This document shows positions 12,590 to 26,598 of a DNA stretch of 64,000 bases, piece by piece. A model generated the notes under the pieces. That model did no database searches, was not told where the DNA came from, and was given only the letters and a program-made list of their open reading frames with translations. This DNA comes from Octopus sinensis (lineage: Eukaryota). The stretch's first letter is position 1. Each line of letters starts with the position of its first letter. Position numbers and translations under genes: made by a program. The DNA is taken from NCBI RefSeq assembly GCF_006345805.1, contig NC_043005.1:96720001-96784000 (forward strand). The letters are read 5' to 3'.

Positions 12590-13217
12590 TGAAATTGGTT
12601 TCAAATTTTGGCACAAGGCCAGCAAGTTTGCGGAAGTGGGCAAGTCGATTACATCGACCCAAGTGTTCGACTGGCACTTATTTTATCGACCCCGAAAGGA
12701 TGAAAAGCAATATTGAACTCGGCAGAATCTGAGCTCAGAAATACCTATTTCTTTACTATCTAGAAGCGGCTAAACACAGAGGGGACAAACAGGGACAGAA
12801 AAACGGAATAAGTCGATTATATCGACCCCAGTGCGTAACTGGTACTTATTTAATCGATCCCGAAAGGATGAAAAGCAAAGTCGACCTCGGCGGAATTTGG
12901 ACTCACAACGTAGCAGCAGCGAAATACCTATTTCTTTATTACCCACAAGGGGCTAAACACAGAGGGGACAAACAAGGACAGACATAGGTATTAAATCGAT
13001 TACATCGACCCCAGTGCGTAACTGGTACTTAATTTATCGACCCCGAAAGGATGAAAGGTAAAGTCGACCTCGGCGGAATTTGAACTCAGAATGTAACGGC
13101 AGACGAAATACCGCTAAGTATTTCGCCCGACGTGCTAACGTTTCTGCCAGCTCTCCGCAGCAGCGAAATACCGCTAAGCATTTTGCCCGGCGTGCTAACG
13201 TTTCTGCCAGCTCACCT
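12590..13217 (-). mobile_element. Nested cluster of three tRNA-derived SINE family B copies
   Basis: A-box-like TGGCAGAAACGTTAG and B-box-like GAGTTCAAATTCC; central TTTCATCCTTTCGGGGTCGAT present three times; inner copy 12929-13156 flanked by a 16-bp TSD. Confidence 0.85.
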
Positions 13218-13324
13218 TAAATAGTTTTCAAAATTGATAACTATACATTGTTCGTTATTCGCTAAAATTCTGAGAGAAGTGAGGAGAAAATGTATACATA
13301 CATATATGCATACATACATATATA

Positions 13325-13509
13325 TACGACGGGGTGCAAGGGCATCCCGAATGGACTTGTTGGAGGCCTAAACTTCCGAGTTCTTCTACAGGGCTCACAA
13401 AAATTAAAAGACCGCAGCAATATGTGTGCGAATCTGAGAGGGTAATTAACTAACACACCTGTACTTTGTTTTACACACAGCCAGGAACTTTTCAGCATCC
13501 CATCGTGTA
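13325..13509. mobile_element. Mariner-like MITE remnant
   Basis: TACGACGGGG... and ...CCAGGAACTTTTCAGCATCCCATCGTGTA termini; internal piece resembles a transposase C-terminus. Confidence 0.4.
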
Positions 13510-13731
13510 TATGCGTGTGTGTGCGTATGTATGTGTGTATATATATACATACATATATATATATATATACCTGTAACTTGATTTCGAACTATTTTTTCAC
13601 TAAATATACAGGAGGAATTAATATAACCATACGAGTAACAGTTCATTAAAAGTTGTTAAACGAGAATATCGTCTTATTTCTAACGACACCTGTTTCACAT
13701 GTACACAAATAGATTTAATTATATATATATG

Positions 13732-13799
<68 letters not shown>

Positions 13800-13979
13800 G
13801 TAATATATATATATGATATATACACACACATATATATATATGTATGTATATATGTATATAATTATGTGTATATATGTATATATATATACATATACATACA
13901 TATACACACTTACACACATATATATATATATGTATATGTATTTATGTACGTATGTGTGTGTATGTATGTATATATATGT

Positions 13980-14013
<34 letters not shown>

Positions 14014-14061
14014 AAAACATGTACACATATATTCATATATGTAGATAATATACACTTGTGT

Positions 14062-14098
<37 letters not shown>

Positions 14099-14531
14099 CA
14101 TGCGTCAATGTGTATGTGAGCGTGTGTGTGTTTGATTTGAATATGAGTCCCACGGCGGTACTAAGATTTCAAGTGTCACGGCTTTCCGCAGGTGGAGATA
14201 TGACCCCTAAGGAAATCTATGTGGTTGTTGACACTGGCACCACTGTCGGCTATTTACCGAAATTGTACTTTATATTTCAAAATGCATTGTTTCATTTCGC
14301 GTATGACTGATTTACTTATAGTTTGAACGAAAGCATCACGCACACACACACACACATACACACACACATACACACACAGGTACATGAGCACATAAATACG
14401 CATACATAGGAGTGTGTATATATATATTTATATTTATGTGTGTGTATACGTGTAGAAAGGCATAGCAACGTTTTGAAGGAGTTTGTTGGAATATAGCTTT
14501 GTTCATAAGACTATTACTACTACTACTATTA

Positions 14532-14624
<93 letters not shown>

Positions 14625-14641
14625 TAATAATAATAAGAAGA

Positions 14642-15212
14642 AGAGTTGGAACCTACATACATTGGAAGCTATGCCAACATTATGGAATAACAACAGAAAA
14701 AAGATGGTATAGGCACACACCAGAAAAGGTCACAGAAAACAAGAAAGCAACCATACTCTGGACATGCCGATACACACAGATAGAGAAATTAAGGCCATCA
14801 GACCAGATATAGTTGTCAGAGATCATGAAGAAAAAAAACTGCTTTATAATTGATGTATCAATACCAGCAGATGACAACGTGTCTCTAAAAAAATGGAGAA
14901 ACTTTCAAAATACAAAGACCTGGAAATAGAGGTAACTAGAATGTGGAATCTGAAAACAGAAACAATTCCTATCATAGTAGGTGCATTAGGCATGATAAAA
15001 AAATATTCAGACAAATACATAACAAAAACACCAGGACTTACAAACACATATAACATACAGAAAATTGCCCTACTAGGCACTGCACACATCCTACGCAGAA
15101 CACTTTCCATACAATAACCATCAGAGCATCACAACAAATCACAGCACATACCCAAGGCACACAGAGCTGCGCTCGGTAGTGAAGTGAAAGCACGCTATAA
15201 TAAAATAAACTA

Positions 15213-15216
<4 letters not shown>
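14642..15216 (+). mobile_element. R4/Dong lineage A, 5'-truncated 3' fragment (RLE + 3'UTR)
   Basis: KLCQHYG...RPDI...KYKDLEIE...ILRRTLSIQ; 3'UTR ends CTACTG then (AAT)n; (AAT)n also upstream. Confidence 0.9.
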
Positions 15217-15248
<32 letters not shown>

Positions 15249-15276
15249 TAATAATAATAATAATAAAATAATAAAT

Positions 15277-15594
15277 GCCCTGAGGCAGTACCAGGCAGTG
15301 GCTCTCATGGCTTCTGATCTTAACTGATTGGAAGTGTTATCATGTACATTGTTTTGTCTTGGTATAAAAGATGGGCTACAGCAAATATTCTGCTCAATAC
15401 CAGAGATTTGCTTGTCAGTTGTTTGACCATAACCAGTTGAGCATGTCCCTTAGTGGCTGGGGATATGTGCATCTCTGATCACGAGCAGAAGTAGTGGGGG
15501 AGCATCATAGCCATGTGTTGAGAGGGATCATTTGGAGGTTTGCATAATTCACCTCTGGAAACAGGGGTGTTTTGTCTAAACAGCCTTAAACAAC
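15277..15594 (+). mobile_element. 560-bp AAT-associated repeat, 5' part
   Basis: Reverse complement of the corresponding part of 44632-45187 and 60445-60988. Confidence 0.85.
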
Positions 15595-16195
15595 AGACCA
15601 AAAGAATACCATTGCATCGTCATATAACCACCATTACTATCACCGACACCACAAGCAGAACAACAATTTCGTCAATTGTGTTAACTTGTTTTATTTATAA
15701 CCACCACCACCACCACCACCACCACCACCGCCACCACCACCAACCCCAATAACAACACCGCCGCCGCCGCCGCCTTTGTAGTCGTCGTCGTTGCTGTCGT
15801 CATTGTCGTCACCGTTGTCATCGTCATCATCAACATCTGCATCATAGTCATTACCGCTACTACCACCAACATTGCCGTAGTCATCTTCGTTGTCGTCATC
15901 ATCGCCATCGTCTACGTCGTCGCCGTTGTCATCATCATCGTCCTCATCTTCATTGTCCCCATCAACACCACCATTATTAGTAACATCATCATCACCACCA
16001 TTATCATTATCATCATCATCGCCAACACCACCACGATCACCATCACCATTACAGCGATAGTCAGATCTGCTTGTACGATGTAGCACGAGAACAAACAAGG
16101 CAATTTAAAATGAGGAATGACAAAATATGACAATACCTTCTACATTCATAACGATCATTTCCACCTCCAACTCCGAGAAGAACACTAAACCTTTC

Positions 16196-16227
<32 letters not shown>

Positions 16228-17378
16228 CAACAATCCCACGACAACAACTCCAATAGCATCTACAACATCAAGAATAAGGAACATCCAATCATCCTAACCA
16301 AAGAAAATTCCAGAGATTTCAAAGATTTAAAATCCTCATGAACACAGACGTTCTGACGACACACACCTAAGACAAACAGTCATATTTTCTAGTAAAAAAA
16401 AATGCGAAAAATGTTTCATGGCGGCTGGACTGTGATTATTATAGAAATTTCATATGGAATCTGTCCTGTTTGTCTTTGTGTACCAAACCAAACTTATAGG
16501 AAACGTTATTTGAAAATGTCACATTCAGAAGATTCCGATTGGACAGTTGAAATGTGTGTATTGAGGCGGGAAGAGATCAAACCTAGTTCTCGTTCCATAT
16601 ATTCACTGAAGTATCTTTAATTTATGAATTCGTTCCTCCAAAAACTTCAAACCTGTAATCCAGGCCTCGCCATGAAACTAAAGATATTACAACAATTACA
16701 AAAATCCCTTTGCTCTGTCTTTCTCTTTCTTCCATCAACCCGCTCATCTCTATTCCTTCTCTCTCCTTGTTAGTTCCACCACTAAAGTGCATGTATGCTG
16801 TTACCCTTCTTGCTAGATATAACAGCCAGATATAGTCAGATCTATCCTACAGCTCATCATCAACACCGTCATCGTCGTCATCGTCGTCGTCGCCTCATCA
16901 TCATCAGCAGCAGCAGCATCACCACCACCACCAAAGCAGCAACTGCGTTTGCTGGTATCAAGCACGGTGACATCAATAATATAACAAAAACTCCAATCCA
17001 ATCCAAGAATATTTTGTAGAATGAAGTCACAAAACAAACCATAAAATATAGTCGGAATGGTCATTAATGGAACACTCTCAATCAAGAATCTGCTGTTTCG
17101 TGGTTGACTTGGAATTAAACAACAAATGACGGCCATAGTCATTATTTTGCCTTCAATACTAGTTCCATAACAACCACCAATATTGCCACCAACACCAATA
17201 AGTACAACACAACCATGCCCCACAACAGTTAATAACACAACTAAAGCCACCACAGCCTTCAAGACCATGTCACCACCAATACGATGACGACCACCATCTC
17301 TAAAAGCAACAATATCACTGATAGCAATATAATCTATACACATACACATATGTAAATATATATGTGTGTGTATGTGTG

Positions 17379-17453
<75 letters not shown>

Positions 17454-17454
<1 letters not shown>

Positions 17455-17667
17455 TGTTGTGTCTGGGGAGAGTCATTTTGTTTTAATGCCTTATTAATTA
17501 ACACACCGGTTCAATTTCTACTTATTTACTTATATATTTTTTTAAATAAAATTTTCGTTGTTTCTTGCAACATCTTCAATTGTTGAACTAAATAAGTGGA
17601 AATCGAACCGGTGAGTGTGTTAATTAACAAGGCATTAAAACAGAATGACTCTCCCAAGACACAGCAA
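17454..17667. repeat. Inverted repeat element in (TA)n
   Basis: ~75-bp arms at 17454-17528 / 17589-17667. Confidence 0.8.
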
Positions 17668-17725
17668 AATATGCTTCAACACACGAATTTACATAAAGAC
17701 TCTTGCAAACCAAATACAAAAACGC

Positions 17726-17779
<54 letters not shown>

Positions 17780-17905
17780 TCTATTATATATATAATATAT
17801 ATGTATGTATTATATATACATATATACACACACACACATATATATATATATACATACATATATATTATATTATATATATATATATACACATATATGCATA
17901 TATAT

Positions 17906-17938
<33 letters not shown>

Positions 17939-17939
17939 C

Positions 17940-18013
<74 letters not shown>

Positions 18014-18014
18014 T

Positions 18015-18345
18015 ATAACTTTTTCAGTTATTTGACTGCAGCCATGCAGGAGCACCGCCTTCAAAGGTTTTAGTCGAACAAATCGACCCCAGAATGTATA
18101 TATTTTAAAAGCCAAGTACTCATTGTATTGGAGTGTCTTGACGAACCGCTAGTTTACGGTAACACGCCAACACCGGTTGTCAAACGGTAATGAGGGAACA
18201 AAGACAAAGACACACACAAACATACATATATATATATATATATCCCGACGCTATAATCGAGAACATTTGCCCAAGGTGCTATACAGTGGGACTGAACCCG
18301 GAACCAAGTGGTTGAAGATCAACTATCACATCTACCACAAACATC
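18015..18345 (-). mobile_element. SINE family A
   Basis: Tail and head motifs (TTGCCCAAGGTGC, GTGGGACTGAACCCGG). Confidence 0.75.
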
Positions 18346-19542
18346 AACCAACATCAGTAAGAAATGGTGAAGAATGGAATCTGTTTTAACCATAAGTTTT
18401 CTAGATTAGGGCTTACCTGACGCTAAGCATCGACGCCTCTACCCCCGGAGCCACCACCACCACAATTGGTAACACCACCACCATCACCACCACCACACCA
18501 CCAAAATCAACAACATATCCATGTCACACACCCACCACCTATACATCTGCCAATACAACCGCTACCAACCACACTATCTCTGTATTGACTTTTATTATTT
18601 TCACCGCCACTACCGCTTACAATACGACCCACATTGACCTTCATTACAACTGAGACTACCATCATCACTACCACGACCATCATCATTATATTGTATATAA
18701 ATATGTACACATATATATACAATGTATAGTTATGTATACATACATATATGCAGGCACATACATGTATAGGTATAGATATAAAGATATAAACGTAAATATA
18801 TTTATGTGTATATCCATCCATCCATACATATATGTGTGTACATACATACATGCATACATACATATATACATATATATATAAATATACAAAATGGGACAAG
18901 AACGCAAAACATCCAGAAGACGATACAAAAAACACGGACGGGTCATTATCACAACCACGACGACTATCCACGCAGTTATTACCATCATCACAATCACCAT
19001 CATAAAGACTGTTAAAAGAAAAACTACCGCCACAACCACCACCACAAACAACAGCAACAACATCGACACAAACACTAACAACAATAATTCTGTGAAAGAC
19101 ATTCAGGGACTCTAAACTATCCTGTTGACATTTGTGGAATTCGAAGAAAATGTCATATTCCAGACAAAACAAGAATTCACTCAAAGTGGAATGTTTACAG
19201 CCAAAGAAACACGGTATATTTGGAAGATGGAGGCTGTAGCGACTGGAAGAATTGAATATTATGACTGTCTTTGATGGTTGTGGTAGTAGCGGTGGCGCTG
19301 GTTTTAGTGGTGGTGGTGGTGGTGGCGTTGGAAAGAGTGGCGGTCGTAAATTAGATGTGGTCGATGGAAAGAAGATGAGTGATTTGTGTTCAATACTTAA
19401 AAAAGGGAGCTGATGTGTTTGTTAGCCTTCTGGGTTTCGTTATTCGTAGAGCATCAGCACGAATTTGTTCAAATCCCATGTCAGAATACATACATGCATG
19501 TATAATTACATAAAATATGCACACATATATACATACATACAA

Positions 19543-19624
<82 letters not shown>

Positions 19625-20981
19625 GTAGATAGAGAGAGGGAGAAGGAAGATATATCATTCAAAACGGTTTGATTCGGATTCCGTGCTACAGTTTTGAATA
19701 AAGCATGTAATATATATGTATATATATATATATATGCAACAAAATATATGTACATATACTTGATCCCGTGGACAAGTTTGACTCTACAAGATCTAAAATT
19801 TCAACTTAGAAAATAGAGAACACAAGATACGAAAAGTTTACAGTCAACAAGCACATCAAAAATATACATCCATCATCAGCTGCCAAACGTATATCATTTT
19901 GATTTCGACACCTGAACAATACCAAATTTGGTGTTTCCACTCTTCGTGTTTATGCGTCTTTTTTTTATTGAAGCCACTGAGATGTAGCGCCAAGTTGTCC
20001 GTCTAATAAAACCGTTAACCGGGTTCCGAATAACTTGTTCTCAAGCTGGTGGCAGAATGCGAATTCAGAGCATAGAGGACATGAATACATGACGCATGAC
20101 ATTTCGTTCGACTCGCAAGCAATTCCGCCAATACATAGCGTGGACTATTATTCTATTTATCGAGTCTGAAAACAAAAAAAAAAAACAAAAAAAAATTAAA
20201 AAATAGAAAAAGGAAAAGCAAATTTGACTTCGTAGGGATTTGACCACAAAACAGAAAGTGGATCACCTGCAAAATATTCTACTCGATGCTGTAACAAGCG
20301 CTTTCAGTCCGCCCGCTTTTATAGTTTTTAGTTTTAGAATATTAATCTGAAACATATAACAATTAAAAAAAAGTTAGCTTTGATCAATTACAATGTTTTC
20401 ATTGTCAAAACTGACCACAGCAGGATTAAGTGCTTGTGCTTTGATTACTGAAATATGAGAGTGTTAGCGAATATTTTTGTTTTGCAGAGCAAGCATGGGC
20501 GACGACGCCGAACGTTTCTGAGAATATTAGAATTCGTCATAATAATTAGATTATATTGACTACATTGGGAATCGTTCCTAATATGTGCGTGTGTATAAAA
20601 AAAGGCAACCTTTATGCAATCACTTAGTCTACTAGAAATAGCAGTTAAATACTTTTCACTGTTTAAAAAAAGACAGGCTGTGGATACGTTATTATCAGTC
20701 CGAACATGCTTGATGCACTTTCGAACTGGGTAACAAGCTACTCTCTGCGTTTTGTCACACATAATATATATCTTGCCTGTTGACAATGGTGTGTATACAC
20801 CTAGATCAGCTCGCAGCGCCACATACCTAGACTGGGAACGTTAACATTTCGGAGTAGTTTGTCTCCTCATCGCTCACATGTATGTATATGTATGCACATA
20901 CACTCACATATGTGTTTATGCATATATACAAACATACATACATGCATACATACGTAGAACGTACATGCATACATACATACA

Positions 20982-21017
<36 letters not shown>

Positions 21018-21023
21018 TGTGTG

Positions 21024-21062
<39 letters not shown>

Positions 21063-21539
21063 CTGTATGTGGGTGTGTAATATAATATAATACATTACAC
21101 ACACATAAGGACATATTTGTAGATATTTTAGCGCGTTTATGTACGCATTCCTATTGCTTTTACACAGATAAAAATAAAAATAGAGAAAATTGATGAAATT
21201 GGTCTTGTAAACGTTTATGGAAAATATCCAAACGCTCTACAATTGCTAAAAACTGATTTAACTCCGTAAACCCACTAATTTAGTGGGGGTTTTTCTTTTG
21301 GCATTTCTTTAAAACGTCTGCGAGATAAAATACAATTTTCTTTGACCGTTGGTACAGACCAGTCTAATTTTCACTCTGTAAAATAACTACAGTACTTCTA
21401 AATAATTTAATAAAACGAGTCGAGCAATCACTCACTGAGAACCAACGAACTTTTGCATATAAGAGTAGCTTAATACATAACATTACTGATATTCCACGTG
21501 ATCTTATTTTTGTTCTTATTAATTACGACTAATGGTAGA

Positions 21540-22330
21540 TAAAGACTTTCATCCAGATGTTTTCCTACAAGTCATTGTATCTAAACCACGTAATACACAA
21601 AATGTTTGATGCTGCCTTCTTCAGAGACACCTCAAAACCACGATAGCAATATATAATAGATGGTACCCTATCGGCAGCGCATGACAGAATAATGTTCAAA
21701 GCTGTATTGTTCTTCGTAAAGTACGATTTCACAGCAGAAATTATCGATAATTCTTGGTATCTGTAATAAAATTTAAAGTTAACAAAACTTCTTTGTGCTC
21801 GATACTCTATTCATCAAGATACTGTATAAAAACATTATTATCTGTAATGTTGAACTCATTCAACTGCTCAAAAAATGGTGAGTTTTAAAGATTAACCACC
21901 ATTTCTTCAATGGATCGCTTCACAGTGGTATATTTAATGGGACAGCATTTTATATAACTTCAGTTGGAGTCTGACGCATGACTATTGAGATAAATTCTTT
22001 AATGGATAGTATTATCAAAGTTCCACCAATGATATAGCTCTTACTAGCCTTTGAAACTAGTTTGAGATACAATAGATTGCAATTAATTCAGCTTCGTTTT
22101 TTGCATTCTGATTTTTAAACGAAGCGGTTATTGTTGAACGATATTTTAATATCTTTCTGTTGTTATTCTCTAGGCTTATCTTTATATTTTTTGCATGGCT
22201 GGTAGCAAGATTTTCTCGCAATCAGCCTGGTTTCGTGGTTTCGGTAGTGAAGTATTGTAACACATTAAACACTTTGGAAAGGCTTATTGGAAAAAATATT
22301 TAATTAAAACGATCTTTGAATATTCTAAAT
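21540..22330 (-). pseudogene. Degraded hAT (Charlie-like) transposase
   Basis: Manual translation with stops and frameshifts: SKSYIIGGTLIILSIKEFISIVMRQ...VPL..TTVKRSIEEM and SCAADRVPSI..YRGFEVSLKK, recalling HTIGE-L-I, PLSNNTV-RRI-EM and CATDGAPSM motifs. Confidence 0.65.
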
Positions 22331-22863
22331 AGCTTCCAGCATATTTCCTTTCTTGAGATGTATTGCATAGAAATTGTGGCAAAAAGTGCGAAAACAAGCA
22401 ATAAAATAATCATAGAAGAAAAAGTAGAGACCTTTCCTCACACCAGCCATCACAGCCTCCTTAAGAAACGTATATTTAATGGGACAGCATTTTATATAAC
22501 TTCAGTTGGAGTCTGACGCATGACTATTGAGATAAATTCTTTAATGGATAGCTGTTTTGATCCTAGTACATCGTCAGATTAATGAAGTAACATAACTCAA
22601 CAGTTTTGAAGCCAACTACTTCACTGAGGTAATTAAATAAGGGAGAGAGAGAGGGAGGCAGAGAGTAAGGAAGGGGAAGAGATTTGTTTCTGACAGACAA
22701 CGGTATACTTTGATGATATTGGTGTTCAAAGATATATATATGTATATAAACTTACATATATAAAGTTAATCCAAACATGAAAACACAAAGAGAAAACACA
22801 ACAACGCGAGGACGTGGAACAAGTATAGTATAGACGCTCAGGAAAGATATATATATATATACA

Positions 22864-22902
<39 letters not shown>

Positions 22903-23181
22903 ATATGTGAATAAAATACTCGCTTTGCAGCTACATGGTCGCAGGCTCAGTCCTATTTTGCGGCACTTAGTGTCTCTTCTATAGCTCCTTACCAAATAAT
23001 GCTGTATGAGTGAATTTGGTAGAGGAAACTGTGTGTAAGCCCTTCATGCCGATGTATATATACATATATATACACATGTGGTGTGTGTGTGTTTGTGTAT
23101 ACGCGCACGGGTGCGTGTGCGTGCGTAGGTATGGGTCTGTGTGTTTATTTTTATGATAATAATGATAATAATTATAATAAT

Positions 23182-23232
<51 letters not shown>

Positions 23233-23234
<2 letters not shown>

Positions 23235-24129
23235 TTTCAAATTTTGGCATAAGGCTTCTCAGCCATTGTTGGGATTTTGCTTTGTCTCCCGCTTGTGAGA
23301 ACCTAAAAAGGTAATCGCAATTAATTGAATGCTTTTATTAAAGAGAGAATGAAAACCTGTCTAACCTACCAAGTCTGGATGGAGGGTGGCGCTTAAGTGA
23401 ACAGAATTCGATGCAGAGGTGTGACGATAGTTGCAGCGCATCTCGGGGAACGATGTTTTGCATGTGAAAAAGAAAACAATATTCAGCGTTGTTTTTTATA
23501 ACGGTCATTATAAGAAAATTGTTGACTTACATTTACATGAACAGCGGATTGATGTGCAGAAGGTTGGACGATGAAATGCAGCGTGAGATGTTGCAGAAGA
23601 CGACGTGAAAAGAGTGAAAAGACAAAGAATGGAGGGGATAAGGACGGCGCGAAGAGAGTGGAGAGACAGAGAGTCGAGGCAATGGGGAGGACGCGAAGAG
23701 AAGAGAAACAAAAGAAACGACGTGAAGACAGCGGAGTGGATGAAGACGACGTGAAGACAGCGTTTCCTAGTAGCCGGAATTTCGCGACAAAAAGTATGTT
23801 TATTAAGCACAACAGCCTGCAGTGCATGCCGCTAGTCATTAAAAGCCAATCGCACAAACGTAGAGGGGCTCTGGGCTTCTTTGAATCGATAAAAAATCAC
23901 TCTTTTTGCCATAGCAACCACATCTTTATAGCTTGCGAATTTCAACCATCGCGGGTCTCATCCTCACCACGCATTTAGTATCCCTGCCAATTTTCAGCTC
24001 GATCCTAGCCTCAGTTTGGCCGCCATTAACCGTCAAAGCAAAATGTGCATAAAATTTTCGTCCAAGGACTGTTTTATAGATATAGATTAGTAATTAATTA
24101 CACACACACACACACACACAACACACACA

Positions 24130-24168
<39 letters not shown>

Positions 24169-25989
24169 TCCACAATATTTATCCATTCCACATGTAATCT
24201 TTTCTTTCATGTATACTGTGAAATTCTTTCAACACACTTCCGTAACCCATTCACTGCCACGTTTTTGCATATTTTATTCTGCTTATTGATGCGTGCGAGC
24301 GTTTGTGTATATGCATGTGTGTTCCCGTGTATATATATATATATATATATATTTATTTATTTATTAACAGGCATATATATACATTATGTGAATGTTTTTT
24401 CCCCCGTGCCTGTCTCTATATGCTTGTGTGTACGCGCGCGTGTATGTGTGTATTTGTATAATTTATTTAGACTACACTCAGAAATCTCTTTTCACTGAAA
24501 CCGTATCTTATTAGGAGACGTCTGGTGAATGTATTAATATTTGTCTGCGTGTTTCAAATTTCGTCAAGTTTATCCTAGGATTGAAAAGGATAAGAACGAG
24601 AAACAAGCAGAGAGAAGAGAGAGAGAGAGAGAAGCCGAGATTAAGAAAGAGAGCCAGAGTGAGAAACAGACAGCAGAGGGATAGACAGACAGGGAATTGA
24701 AATAGGGAAGGAGGGGACTTGATACTCGTAAAAAAATGGTTAGATAGAGAAAAATAGATAGAAAGGGTCAGTTTTTTAAAAAATATATTGAGAATGTGGG
24801 CAGCGGAATTACCCGTCAAATTTTATAACAAAAAAAAATGAACCAGCGCCACAACAACGATAATAATCCTTTCTACTGTAGGTACAAGGCCTGAAAATTT
24901 GGTTAGAGGGGGATAGTCGATTACATCGATTCCATTGCATCAATTCGTATTATTTCATCGACTCCGAAAGGATGAAAGGCAAAATCGACCTCGGCGGAAT
25001 TTGAACTCAAAATGGAAAGACAGACGAAATGCCGCTAAGCATTCCATCCAGCGTGCTGTCGATTCTGCCAGCTCACTGCCTTGATAAAATAATAATATAA
25101 TAATAATAATAATATAATAATAATAATGATTTCAAATTTTGGCATAAGGCTTCTCAGCCATTGTTGGGATTTTGCTTTGTCTCCCGCTTGTGAGAACCTA
25201 AAAAGGTAATCGCAATTAATTGAATGCTTTTATTAAAGAGAGAATGAAAACCTGTCTAACCTACCAAGTCTGGATGGAGGGTGGCGCTTAAGTGAACAGA
25301 ATTCGATGCAGAGGTGTGACGATAGTTGCAGCGCATCTCGGGGAACGATGTTTTGCATGTGAAAAAGAAAACAATATTCAGCGTTGTTTTTATAACGGTC
25401 ATTATAAGAAAATTGTTGACTTACATTTACATGAACAGCGGATTGATGTGCAGAAGGTTGGACGATGAAATGCAGCGTGAGATGTTGCAGAAGACGACGT
25501 GAAAAGAGTGAAAAGACAAAGAATGGAGAGGATAAGGACGGCGCGAAGAGAGTGGAGAGACAGAGAGTCGAGGCAATGGGGAGGACGTGAAGAGAAGAGA
25601 AACAAAAGAAACGACGTGAAGACAGCGGAGTGGATGAAGACGACGTGAAGACAGCGTTTCCTAGTAGCCGGAATTTCGCGACAAAAAGTATGTTTATTAT
25701 GCACAACAGCCTGCAGTGCATGCCGCTAGTCATTAAAAGCCAATCGCACAAACGTAGAGGGGCTCTGGGCTTCTTTGAATCGATAAAAAATCACTCTTTT
25801 TGCCATAGCAACCACATCTTATAGCTTGCGAATTTCAACCATCGCGGGTCTCATCCTCACCACGCATTTAGTATCCCTGCCAATTTTCAGCTCGATCCTA
25901 GCCTCAGTTTGGCCGCCATTAACCGTCAAAGCAAAATGTGCATAAAATTTTCGTCCAAGGACTGTTTTATAGATATAGATTAGTAATTA

Positions 25990-26069
<80 letters not shown>

Positions 26070-26503
26070 TCCACAATATTTATCCATTCCACATGTAATC
26101 TTTTCTTTCATGTATACTGTGAAATTCTTTCAACACACTTCCGTAACCCATTCACTGCCACGTTTTTGCATATTTTATTCTGCTTATTGATGCGTGCGAG
26201 CGTTTGTGTATATGCATGTGTGTTCCCGTGTATATATATATATATATTTATTTATTTATTAACAGGCATATATATACATTATGTGAATGTTTTTTCCCCC
26301 GTGCCTGTCTCTATATGCTTGTGTGTACGCGCGCGTGTATGTGTGTATTTGTATAATTTATTTAGACTACACTCAGAAATCTCTTTTCACTGAAACCGTA
26401 TCTTATTAGGAGACGTCTGGTGAATGTATTAATATTTGTCTGCGTGTTTCAAATTTCGTCAAGTTTATCCTAGGATTGAAAAGGATAAGAACGAGAAACA
26501 AGC

Positions 26504-26598
<95 letters not shown>

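Noticed and set aside
12590-13217. Repeated units as a CRISPR-like array
   Set aside because: These are nested SINE copies with a TSD, not repeat-spacer units; eukaryotic context with no cas genes.
15277-15594. HDV-like ribozyme at the 5' end of the 560-bp element or of Dong A (27330)
   Set aside because: Could not find the P1/P3/L3/P1.1 nested pseudoknot by eye; needs a computational search.
19645-19702. ATTCAAAAC/GTTTTGAAT hairpin with a hammerhead-like layout on the minus strand
   Set aside because: The core is too degenerate (CTGTAGCA, no GAAA) to call.
20445-20822. 125-aa ORF as a host exon
   Set aside because: No recognisable domain or splice context.
23571-23978. 135-aa charged ORF in the duplicated block
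   Set aside because: Low complexity with no domain; the second copy's frame differs. The block's TCTATATCTATAAAA end (minus strand) hints at a Helitron, but no 3' hairpin-CTAG was found.
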